Below are positions 1-7,928 of a stretch of DNA of 40,664 nt, in pieces. The stretch is taken from positions 1 through 40,664 of the forward strand of contig JAMCZG010000030.1 in the NCBI GenBank assembly GCA_023485715.1. The letters run 5' to 3'. The position numbers and the translations under genes are program-made. The notes beneath the pieces are model-generated. The model saw only the letters and a list, made by a program, of their open reading frames with translations. It was not told where the DNA came from and searched no databases. Numbering within the stretch: the stretch's first letter is position 1; each line of letters begins with the position of its first letter. Origin of the DNA: Patescibacteria group bacterium. Lineage in GTDB: Bacteria; Patescibacteriota; Microgenomatia; Levybacterales; UBA12049.

Positions 1-424
1 AATTATTTTGGATTAAAACTTGATAAATCATCGAGTCTAGAATTCCATTTAAAACTCCCTTGTATCCTGCGTGGACAATTCCGATAAATTTTGAAAAAGG
101 ATCGTAAAACAGGATTGGAAGACAATCTGCGGTCGTCGCACAAAGAAAAATATTTTTTTTACTAGTCACTAATCCATCAGTTTTATCAATTACTTGTTTA
201 TTCGCATTTTTAATTATAACAACTTTTTCTCCGTGAACCTGATTCATAAAAATGGCTTGTTCTTTTCTTATTAACAATGTTTTAAAAAACTTATTTAATT
301 TTTTTTCCTCAAAATTTTTATTTTTTATCGGTCCAAATCGCTTAGTCGAAATTCCGCACACAATGTCTGGAAATTTTTGGAATGATTTAAATTTAATAAT
401 ATCAATATCCTTAAACGACAACAT
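1..424 (-). CDS. pgeF: PgeF/YfiH-family (polyphenol oxidase/laccase-domain) peptidoglycan editing factor, 3' end beyond the window
   Basis: Not in the ORF track. Manual translation from ATG at 424 gives MLSFKDIDIIKF...MNQVHGEKV...DGLVT...TTADCLPILFYD...IVHAGYKG, which has the QVHG, ADC(L)P and HAG(W/Y)xG motifs. It follows murE. Confidence 0.88.
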   Translation of the reverse strand, partial: MLSFKDIDIIKFKSFQKFPDIVCGISTKRFGPIKNKNFEEKKLNKFFKTLLIRKEQAIFMNQVHGEKVVIIKNANKQVIDKTDGLVTSKKNIFLCATTADCLPILFYDPFSKFIGIVHAGYKGVLNGILDSMIYQVLIQNN

Positions 425-478
425 TATCTGTTACTTATTTTTAGATTTTATCGCTCTGTTAACGGATGCAAATTTGTA

Positions 479-1672
479 CTAAATGCGATTTACGTTTCCG
501 TAATTCATCGATTTTTCATGGCTTTTTCCCGTTGTTATTACCATATCTCCCTTTTCTGCTATCGAAACGGCAAAATCTATCGCCTCTGACCGGTCGGGAA
601 TTTCGAAAACAATCCGTTTGTCATTTCTTTTCGGAATATAAGATCTATGATCCGTGCTTATAAATCCGTCTTTTATTCCCTCTTTAATTTCCGAAGTTAT
701 TTTATCGACCGCTTCTCCCCGTGGATCTTCTGCTGTTAAAATGATTATATCCGCATATTTCGAAGACGCCTCTCCCATCTTCGCCCGCTTACTAAAATCT
801 CTTTTTCCTGCTGCTCCAAAAACATGGATTAATCTGCTTTTTGCAAGTTTAGAAGCCTCTGGCAATACTTTAAATAAAGAATTCGGGGTATGCGCAAAAT
901 CCACCATTACTGAAAAACTATCATTATAAACAATTTCTTCGCGTCCGATAGGTGCCTTAAAAGTTTCGATCCCTTTCTTAATTTTTAAATAATTTATTCC
1001 GATCGTTTTACAGGCTGCGATCGCGGCCAAAATATTATATTTATTAAATTCTCCGATCAAATTTGATTTGAACGGAAATTCATAGGGGTTTACGTCTGAG
1101 CCTTTTGTTAGTCCGTAGGTTATCCATCTTGTGTTAGAAATTTGTGAACGTAAATTTAAAATTATCTTGTAAGATTCATCGTCTCTATTAATAACCGCAA
1201 CTTTGGCCGTCTTAAAAAGACTGGCTTTTGTTAAAACATAATTGCGGTAAGTTTTGTGGTAATCTAAATGTTCATGTGTAACGTTTGTGATTATACCGAC
1301 ATCAAAATTTATTCCGAATATACGATGTTGATCTAATGCATGGGAAGTTACTTCTAAAACCAGATAATTCTTTTTTCCTTTTTTATTTTTCAGGGCTTTT
1401 TTTAAAAATTTCTGGAGAGCAAAAGAAGATGGGGTTGTTACATGAAACCCTATATCGTACGCTTTTCCGTTTATCAAAGCCCCAACCGACGAAATCATCG
1501 ATACGTTGCACCCCGACTCTTTTAAAATATGATAGATAAGACTAACTGTTGTTGTCTTTCCGTCTGTACCGGTTACTCCGATAACGATTAATTTTCTAGA
1601 AGGAAAAAGATACCAAATGTTGGCTAAAACCGCGACAAATAAATGATAAACATTCTTAATTTTCTGCAACAT
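479..1672 (-). CDS. murE: MurE-type Mur ligase, short form without the N-terminal domain; frame continues past TAG to 431
   Basis: P-loop GVTGTDGKTTT, LEVTSH, TNVTHEHLDYH, VDFAHTP, FGAAGKRD, EDPR, GKSHE; directly after ftsI. Confidence 0.9.
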   Translation of the reverse strand: MLQKIKNVYHLFVAVLANIWYLFPSRKLIVIGVTGTDGKTTTVSLIYHILKESGCNVSMISSVGALINGKAYDIGFHVTTPSSFALQKFLKKALKNKKGKKNYLVLEVTSHALDQHRIFGINFDVGIITNVTHEHLDYHKTYRNYVLTKASLFKTAKVAVINRDDESYKIILNLRSQISNTRWITYGLTKGSDVNPYEFPFKSNLIGEFNKYNILAAIAACKTIGINYLKIKKGIETFKAPIGREEIVYNDSFSVMVDFAHTPNSLFKVLPEASKLAKSRLIHVFGAAGKRDFSKRAKMGEASSKYADIIILTAEDPRGEAVDKITSEIKEGIKDGFISTDHRSYIPKRNDKRIVFEIPDRSEAIDFAVSIAEKGDMVITTGKSHEKSMNYGNVNRI

Positions 1673-1685
1673 AACCCATATTATA
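1673..1685 (-). promoter_or_regulatory. Putative -10 box for a leaderless murE transcript
   Basis: TATAAT (1685-1680) lies 7 nt before the ATG; no SD. Confidence 0.55.
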
Positions 1686-1714
1686 CCTCTAATCAGACCA
1701 TTTCTCTACGGCTT

Positions 1715-3394
1715 TTATTCGCTCGGTGGAATATTATAATAAGTCAAAATATCTTTTGCGATGTCAAAAAATAGAGGAGCTGCTGTTTCAGATCCAAAAA
1801 TGGATGTTGTCGGTTTATCGATAATTACCAACATCGAAAATTTCGGATCATCTGCGGGCGCAAAACCGATAAACGAAGCTATTGTTTTGTTGGGATCATA
1901 ACGACCGGCTATCGGAATCTGAGCCGTTCCGGTTTTTCCTGCTATTCTGTAACCTTTGGGTTTTGCCCATTTTGCTTCTCCGTTATCCACAGCGTATGTC
2001 AATATTTCGGTCATAACTCTTGCTGTTTCTTCCGAAATTGCTCTACTAGATTTTTTTGGCTTAATGTTTATAATCTCTCCCGTTGATGTTTCTATTTTTG
2101 AAACAATATGTGGCTCCATTTTGATTCCCTTGTTTGCGATCGCGGAAAAACCGACCAGAAGTTCGATCGGCGTAACTGAAATTCCTTGCCCAAAACCAGC
2201 TGTTGCCAGATCGATCGGATACCAATCTTTTTCGTTTTTTACACTCGGTGCGACTTCTCCTTGTAGATCTATGCCTGTTAACTCCCCAATACCAAATTTT
2301 TTTAAATAATCGAGCAACCGATCAAGACCCAAAGATTGTACAGCAAAAACCATTCCTGTATTATCGGAGTGTTTAATTACGTCGATCATCGTCGTATCCT
2401 TATAATATTTTTCATTCCATGTTTTAATTTTATAATCATAGATTGTAACAGGGCCGCCACAAATCGGGCATTTTGTATCGGGCTTAACTACTTTGGAATC
2501 TAATGCAGCTGCCATAATTAAGGGTTTAAACGTAGATCCCGGCTCATAAATATTCGATATAAACTGATTTTTATATAAATCCTCCGAGTATTCTTGGTAA
2601 CTCGATGGGTCAAAAGATGGCCATATAGCCATTGAGATTATATTTCCGGTCTTTGGATCCATAACACCAACCATCCCCCCCTCTGCTCCGTATTTTTCTA
2701 CTGCTTGCTTAAGTTTATTTTCGACGATAAATTGGATAGCCCGATCTACGCTCAATATAATATTTCTTCCGTCGACCGATTTTGAATTTTCATTGAGCCG
2801 GGATAATATCGGCTTACCGAATGCATCGTATATTTCGCTTGAAATTCCGGGTTTGCCCTTTAGCTGGCGGTCATAATACCCTTCGAGTCCAAAATAACCT
2901 TTATCTTCTCCCAACTCATTTTTACCGACAATACCGATAATATTTGCCGCCATCGAAGCCTCGGGATAAAAACGGTTATACTCCTCTTGAAATCCAACAC
3001 CGGGCAAGGAAAGTTTTTCTAATTTTGTTTTTGTAGTTATGTCTACCTTTGATTTTATCGGCACCCAAAAACGGTCAAGCGACAAGGAAGCGCTTACAGA
3101 TGCTATTTCGAGGTCCAAAATGGATGAAAAAACGTCGATAGTTTTTTCTTTATCTTTTACTTCTTTTGGGTTAATATAAACAAGATACGCTAATTTGTTG
3201 GCTGCAATCGAAAAATCATCGCTTGTTTTTATTTCTCCCCTTTTTGGCATTAACTTAATGTACCTTCCGTATTGAGATTTCCCGAGCGTTGAAAGTTCTT
3301 CGGCTCTAACAACCTGCCAATAAAAAAGCCTAGTTAAAATTAGAAAAAACAAAAAAACAAAAAGAAAGAAGACAAACCGATATCTCCATTTCAT
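1715..3394 (-). CDS. ftsI: Class B penicillin-binding protein (FtsI/PBP3-like transpeptidase)
   Basis: N-terminal TM helix, PKRGEI, GLEGYYD, EPGSTFK (SxxK), SDN (SxN), KTGTAQ; dcw position. Confidence 0.92.
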   Translation of the reverse strand: MKWRYRFVFFLFVFLFFLILTRLFYWQVVRAEELSTLGKSQYGRYIKLMPKRGEIKTSDDFSIAANKLAYLVYINPKEVKDKEKTIDVFSSILDLEIASVSASLSLDRFWVPIKSKVDITTKTKLEKLSLPGVGFQEEYNRFYPEASMAANIIGIVGKNELGEDKGYFGLEGYYDRQLKGKPGISSEIYDAFGKPILSRLNENSKSVDGRNIILSVDRAIQFIVENKLKQAVEKYGAEGGMVGVMDPKTGNIISMAIWPSFDPSSYQEYSEDLYKNQFISNIYEPGSTFKPLIMAAALDSKVVKPDTKCPICGGPVTIYDYKIKTWNEKYYKDTTMIDVIKHSDNTGMVFAVQSLGLDRLLDYLKKFGIGELTGIDLQGEVAPSVKNEKDWYPIDLATAGFGQGISVTPIELLVGFSAIANKGIKMEPHIVSKIETSTGEIINIKPKKSSRAISEETARVMTEILTYAVDNGEAKWAKPKGYRIAGKTGTAQIPIAGRYDPNKTIASFIGFAPADDPKFSMLVIIDKPTTSIFGSETAAPLFFDIAKDILTYYNIPPSE

Positions 3395-3675
3395 TGTCGA
3401 ATAGCCAACGGCAGAGGATTAGTCAAAACGACCTGTGATTTTTCCTTAATAAAACCCGCTCGTAAAGCTTCAGACGAAATCACGGTATAAGAAGACTCCG
3501 ATAATAATTTTTCCCGCAACACATAATTATCTTTTTTGTAGTTATCGATTTCTTTGTTAATCTGTTCCACTAAAACACCTTTTGTCGACAAACTATTAGA
3601 AACAATAATTTGCAGCACCGATAATAATATTACGGTAAAAATCATGAATCCTATAAAATATACTGTTTTTTTCAT
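3391..3675 (-). CDS. FtsL-like small bitopic coiled-coil protein
   Basis: 94 aa with one TM helix, then a coiled coil ending EALRAGF; sits in the ftsL slot between rsmH and ftsI. Confidence 0.6.
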   Translation of the reverse strand: MKKTVYFIGFMIFTVILLSVLQIIVSNSLSTKGVLVEQINKEIDNYKKDNYVLREKLLSESSYTVISSEALRAGFIKEKSQVVLTNPLPLAIRQ

Positions 3676-3678
3676 ATT

Positions 3679-4587
3679 CTAATTTTCTTTTTCAAAAACT
3701 CTTAGCTTTGCGCTTCTGCTCCTCCTGTTTATTCTTAATTCTTCTATGCCCGGTGTAATCGGCTTATTCGTAATTATCTTTCCTAGTTTTTCGTTCATAA
3801 ATTGTTCAAAACTTTTTTTTACTATTCTGTCCTCGAGCGAATGAAAAGATATTACCCCTATTCTTCCTCCCTTTCTCAAAATTTTTACTGCCTTTGGCAG
3901 GGCTTCTTCGATATTTTTTAATTCACTGTTTACTGCGATCCTTAACGCCTGAAATACTCTTTTACTGATGTCTGCCAACTTTTGACTATTAATTTCTTTT
4001 TCGATCCCGTAAGTTTTCTTTAATAAAGAAACTAAATCTTCCGTTGTTTCGATCGGATTTATTCCACGGGTCCGAACAATATCCTTAGAAATGGCGTGAG
4101 CACGATGTTCCTCACCCAATTTAGTAAAGAGCTCGTATAATTCTCCTTTATTAAGCGCCTTTAAAAGATCCGCCGCGGTTACTTGGCCCGATTTACCGGA
4201 TGTGTCCATCCGCATATCGAGTCTTCCTTTTTTTTGAAAAGAAAATCCCCGATCTTCTGATTCGATTTGGTGACTCGAGACTCCTAAATCAAAAATGATT
4301 CCGTCGACGTTTTCAAAGCTATTTAAATGTGCAATCTCATCTATATCCTTAAAGTTACCGTGAACCAATGTCAATTTTAAATTTGAAATTTGAAATTTGA
4401 AATTTTCTTCAACATATTTAATCGCTTCTTTGTCAACATCTAATCCTAAAACGATTCCTTCCCTCTTCAAAATTTCACCAGTGTGTCCCCCTCCACCCAA
4501 AGTTGCGTCAATATATTTTCCGTCTTTTTTAACCCGTAAAGACTCTATAATCTCGTTTAAAAGTACGGGCTTATGAAAATCACTCAT
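3679..4587 (-). CDS. rsmH: 16S rRNA m4C1402 methyltransferase RsmH (MraW)
   Basis: HKPVLLNE, DATLGGGGH, DLGVSSHQ, RGFSF, LDMRMD, FQALRIAVN, ISFHSLEDRIVK, RSRSAKLR. Confidence 0.97.
   Translation of the reverse strand: MSDFHKPVLLNEIIESLRVKKDGKYIDATLGGGGHTGEILKREGIVLGLDVDKEAIKYVEENFKFQISNLKLTLVHGNFKDIDEIAHLNSFENVDGIIFDLGVSSHQIESEDRGFSFQKKGRLDMRMDTSGKSGQVTAADLLKALNKGELYELFTKLGEEHRAHAISKDIVRTRGINPIETTEDLVSLLKKTYGIEKEINSQKLADISKRVFQALRIAVNSELKNIEEALPKAVKILRKGGRIGVISFHSLEDRIVKKSFEQFMNEKLGKIITNKPITPGIEELRINRRSRSAKLRVFEKEN
4371..4405 (-). repeat. In-frame 7-bp tandem repeat (AAATTTC)x3 + AAATTTA + AAATTGA inside rsmH
   Basis: Read directly; encodes ENFKFQISNLKL. Confidence 0.85.
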
Positions 4588-5020
4588 TTTTCTCTCCGTT
4601 TTTGACTAGCCTTTGAGAGATCGAGTCTATATTTTTTTCAAGGTTCTGTCTGTAATCTTCCCAAATCTGTCTATCCCAGATCTCTACGTATCTGGATAAA
4701 CCTAAGAATATAACTTCGTTTTTAATCTTTGCAAAGCTTCGTAAGTAGAGAGGTATAATAAACCTTCCCTTGCGATCGAGCTCAACGTTTGTTGCCCCGC
4801 CGAGTAAAAAACGCTGTGTTTCGCGCGCCTCTGATTGAATAAAAGGCTTTCCTTCTGTCCCTTCGAGGAGCGCTTTCCAGTTTTCTTCTGATACGACGAT
4901 GAGTGAATTTTCATATCCAAAAGTTATTATTAATTTTTCACCGAGTATTTCTCTAAATTTTTTCGGAAAAGCGATTCTTCCTTTTGCTCCGACTTTTCCA
5001 TCATATTGTCCGATCAACAT
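4580..5020 (-). CDS. mraZ: Transcriptional regulator MraZ (146 aa; start corrected to ATG 5020)
   Basis: MLIGQY...KGRIAFP...ELDRKGRFIIP...YVEIWD; AGGAGG 7 nt upstream of ATG 5020. Confidence 0.95.
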   Translation of the reverse strand: MLIGQYDGKVGAKGRIAFPKKFREILGEKLIITFGYENSLIVVSEENWKALLEGTEGKPFIQSEARETQRFLLGGATNVELDRKGRFIIPLYLRSFAKIKNEVIFLGLSRYVEIWDRQIWEDYRQNLEKNIDSISQRLVKNGEKNE

Positions 5021-5027
5021 ATTCCTG

Positions 5028-5097
5028 CCTCCTGGTCCACTTTTTCCCACTTTGGACCACTTTAATCCATTTTGAGATATTTTTCGTGCCTTGTCAA
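5028..5097 (-). promoter_or_regulatory. dcw promoter with four 10-bp-periodic MraZ boxes and an RBS
   Basis: TTGACA (5097-5092)-N17-CAAAAT (5074-5069). Repeats aaaATGGatt / aaaGTGGtcc / aaaGTGGgaa / aaaGTGGacc follow, then AGGAGG (5033-5028). Confidence 0.85.
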
Positions 5098-5173
5098 TAG
5101 GGAAAAAGACCAGAATAGTGTGACATACCAATAAAAAACACTAAATAGAAAATTGAGGTAAAATTCTCGAGGA

Positions 5174-5641
5174 TTACTCTACGCTTTGTTCCGCCTGATA
5201 AATATTTCCATCCGCTTTTGTGATTTTAAGAAGAATTTTTATATCTGTTACTCCTTGGTCGTAATGACACACATCAGAACACGTACCAAGTTTTATTTCT
5301 TTGTTTATTACCGAATCTGAGGGTGTTACCTCAACATGTCCGATTGCCCCCCTGGAAACTTTTTCTCCTTTTACCATCGCAAAATATGTTAATTCGTAAT
5401 CGATAGTACTTATTCCCTCAAGTTTTGTAAGCTTCATATAAACGACAGTTTCATCAGGGGATAAAGTTAAGCTCAAACCTAATTCTGACGGATCTATCGT
5501 CGGAACAACCATTTCTGTTGTCAGCGCAGTCGAGTTTTCCGAGGTATTTGGCTTTGATTTACTTCCAATAAAATAATAATATCCCCCTCCTATGACTAAA
5601 ATAATTACAACTATTAGAATAACAATTATTTTTTTATTCAT
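5174..5641 (-). CDS. Hypothetical membrane-anchored extracytoplasmic protein
   Basis: N-terminal hydrophobic anchor, S/T/P linker, beta-rich domain with LGTCSDVCHYD. Confidence 0.75.
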   Translation of the reverse strand: MNKKIIVILIVVIILVIGGGYYYFIGSKSKPNTSENSTALTTEMVVPTIDPSELGLSLTLSPDETVVYMKLTKLEGISTIDYELTYFAMVKGEKVSRGAIGHVEVTPSDSVINKEIKLGTCSDVCHYDQGVTDIKILLKITKADGNIYQAEQSVE

Positions 5642-6011
5642 TTAATTTCCTATCTCCTGCTCTTGTAAAAAATTCTCCTTCCTTAAGTAAAAAAGTCTCT
5701 CCAAGGTAAATCAAACGCCCTTTTGCCCCAACCTTAACAAGCCTTTCTATCATTTCATCCTTCGAAAAAAGAACTTTACCGTCTTTAATTCCAATATTTC
5801 CGTCTATATGGGATCCCATCCAATCAATTGGCCCATTTTGAGTCGGGAAACGGTCACGAACATAACTACTTCCCGCTAAACTCATCTCAAACTCATGGAT
5901 TTCGCCATCGTTCTTTTCTCCGGCCGAAACTAATTTTTTTGCCCCAGAAACCATTTCTGGTTTTTTAGCCGGTTTAACAATTGATCTTAAAAATTCTTTA
6001 ACACCCGGCAT
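5634..6011 (-). CDS. Hypothetical protein (125 aa, start ATG 6011)
   Basis: Fills the gap, overlaps the next start and has its own promoter just before ATG 6011; no motif recognised. Confidence 0.6.
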   Translation of the reverse strand: MPGVKEFLRSIVKPAKKPEMVSGAKKLVSAGEKNDGEIHEFEMSLAGSSYVRDRFPTQNGPIDWMGSHIDGNIGIKDGKVLFSKDEMIERLVKVGAKGRLIYLGETFLLKEGEFFTRAGDRKLNE

Positions 6012-6047
6012 AAAAAAAATCTTAACAAATAATAGATATTCTTGCAA
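6012..6047 (-). promoter_or_regulatory. Putative sigma70 promoter, leaderless
   Basis: TTGCAA-N17-TAAGAT with extended TG, then 7 nt to the ATG. Confidence 0.6.
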
Positions 6048-6048
6048 G

Positions 6049-7332
6049 TTATTTAAGGGACTTGCTGAAATAATCTATTAGATCTTCAATTTTCACTCTT
6101 TCCTGTTTTGCCGTATCCCTGTCTCTGACAGTTACGGTTTTATCTTCCAGGCTCTGAAAGTCCACTGTTACGCAAAACGGGGTGCCGATTTCGTCCTGGG
6201 CAAAATAGCGTTTTCCGATATTTCCTCTGTCATCAAACATTATAAGACCATCAACGCCTTTTTTTATTTCTTCGTGAATTTTTTTTGCTAAGTTTATTAA
6301 CTCGGGTTTATTCGAAAGAAGAGGAAAAACCGCGACTTTAACGGGTGCGAGTCTCGGGTGAAGTTTTAAAACAATCCTTTTTTCTTCTTCGAAATAAGAA
6401 TCTATTAGGAAAAATAACGCTGCGCGGTCGACCCCCCCCGATGTTTCGATCACCCATGGTACATACTCCTCCCCTGTCTCTGTATCTTTATATGTAAGGC
6501 GATGGTTTTTTAGATCGAAATCGCCTCTGTGATGGATTCCCTCAAACTCGCTCCAGCCAAACGGCGCGCTATATTCGATATCTTCGGCAAATCTCGCGTA
6601 ATGCGCGCGATCTTTTGGATCGTGCTCCTTAAACCGTAAATTGTCTTTTCTCATCCCTAAACTTAAATACCATCCGAGTCTTTTGTCCTTCCAATAATTA
6701 AACGTTTCATGGCCTTTGTCTTCGTCGGGTTTTATAAAATATTCAAGCTCCATTTGCTCGAACTCTCTACTTCGAAAGTTTAGGTTACCGGGTGTTATTT
6801 CGTTTCTGAATGCTTTTCCGATTTGCGCGATGCCAAAGGGGATTTTAATACGTGTCGAATCGACAACATTCCCAAAATTTACAAAAACTCCCTGAGTTAT
6901 TTCCCCGCGTAAATAAGCTCTTTTCTTTTCTTCCTCAGTTGTGCCGATATATACTTCGGTCAATAAATTAAATTTTTTGGGAGATGTAAATTCTCCGCCG
7001 CAATCCGGACATTTATTTCCTTCTACTTTGTCTGCCCTAAACCTGTGATGGCATTTTTTACATTCAACTAACGGATCTGTAAACGCCGTTACGTGACCTG
7101 AAGTTTCCCAAACTTTCGGGTTCATTATTATCGCGGCATCTAGCCCCACCACATCGTCCCGGTCGTAAACCATGCTTTTCCACCACTGTTTTTTAATATT
7201 ATTTTTGAGCTCTACCCCTAAGGGTCCGAAATCCCAAAATCCGCCAAAACCCCCGTAAATTTCTGATCCCTGAAAAATAAAACCGCGCCTTTTACAAAGC
7301 GCAGTAATCTTATCCATTTTCCCCATGTCCAT
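6049..7332 (-). CDS. glyQS: Glycine--tRNA ligase, homodimeric (alpha2) type
   Basis: KRRGFIFQGSEIYGG, DFGPLG, PFGIAQIGKAFRNEITP, REFEQMELEYF, IGKRYFAQDEIGTPFCVTVD. Confidence 0.95.
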   Translation of the reverse strand: MDMGKMDKITALCKRRGFIFQGSEIYGGFGGFWDFGPLGVELKNNIKKQWWKSMVYDRDDVVGLDAAIIMNPKVWETSGHVTAFTDPLVECKKCHHRFRADKVEGNKCPDCGGEFTSPKKFNLLTEVYIGTTEEEKKRAYLRGEITQGVFVNFGNVVDSTRIKIPFGIAQIGKAFRNEITPGNLNFRSREFEQMELEYFIKPDEDKGHETFNYWKDKRLGWYLSLGMRKDNLRFKEHDPKDRAHYARFAEDIEYSAPFGWSEFEGIHHRGDFDLKNHRLTYKDTETGEEYVPWVIETSGGVDRAALFFLIDSYFEEEKRIVLKLHPRLAPVKVAVFPLLSNKPELINLAKKIHEEIKKGVDGLIMFDDRGNIGKRYFAQDEIGTPFCVTVDFQSLEDKTVTVRDRDTAKQERVKIEDLIDYFSKSLK

Positions 7333-7347
7333 ACTCGTATAATAGCA
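7333..7347 (-). promoter_or_regulatory. Putative extended -10 promoter, leaderless
   Basis: TG-c-TATTAT 6 nt before ATG 7332. Confidence 0.55.
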
Positions 7348-7370
7348 GAATTTAAAAGATTGATAAAGTC

Positions 7371-7919
7371 TTAGTCATTTAAAAAACGCGAGATTATTTT
7401 TTTAGACCTAAGTCTTTTTTCCAAAACCTGCTCTATAAGTAAAGATGTGTTTAAATTATTGCAGTCTTTTTTGGGAGGATAAAATCCTAAATTCTTTAAA
7501 AGATCCGTTTCGAATTTGTGGATAACCGGAATAATATCGTCTGTGTCCGATAATTCAATTAATATTTCTTTAAGAAGATAAAACACTGTTTTGTTTTCCT
7601 GGTTTTCAGCGCATAAACCATCGACCAACTCACAGATATGATAAGCAAATCCGATTTTTAATAAACTTTCTTTTATCATCGAAAAGTCTTCGGAGATATC
7701 TATTTCGGTCAAAATGGGCAAACTTCGACCTTTATACAAAGAAAAATGACAATAATTTAATAATTCTGTGTGGGGGGAACGACGACTGGTGATTCTTCTT
7801 ACCCCGATAGCTTTTATCTGGATTTTCCCATATTTTTTTGTGAAGACTGTCAATATCCTGTCGGCCTCGCCAAAATTTCGTCTTTTAATGATTATTCCTT
7901 CGGTCTTGTACGCCCGCAT
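7371..7919 (-). CDS. recO: DNA repair protein RecO (short form)
   Basis: YKTEGIIIKRRNFGEADRILTVFTKKYGKI...GVRRITSRR OB-fold start; LLKNLGFYP; next to glyQS. Confidence 0.92.
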   Translation of the reverse strand: MRAYKTEGIIIKRRNFGEADRILTVFTKKYGKIQIKAIGVRRITSRRSPHTELLNYCHFSLYKGRSLPILTEIDISEDFSMIKESLLKIGFAYHICELVDGLCAENQENKTVFYLLKEILIELSDTDDIIPVIHKFETDLLKNLGFYPPKKDCNNLNTSLLIEQVLEKRLRSKKIISRFLND

Positions 7920-7928
7920 ATGGAGAGC

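Noticed and set aside
1131..1165. LNLRSQISN in MurE as a fourth heptamer array
   Set aside because: The peptide resembles the others but the DNA periodicity is too degenerate; at most an old remnant.
4178..4205. TSGKSGQV insert in RsmH as a decayed REP-like element
   Set aside because: Only a weak stem and no second copy.
5034..5073. Periodic repeats as a CRISPR array or iterons
   Set aside because: A 10-bp period with a GTGG core upstream of mraZ matches MraZ boxes; there are no spacers or cas genes.
5021..5131. 37-aa N-terminal extension of MraZ in the ORF track
   Set aside because: It spans the promoter, MraZ boxes and RBS; the real start is ATG 5020.
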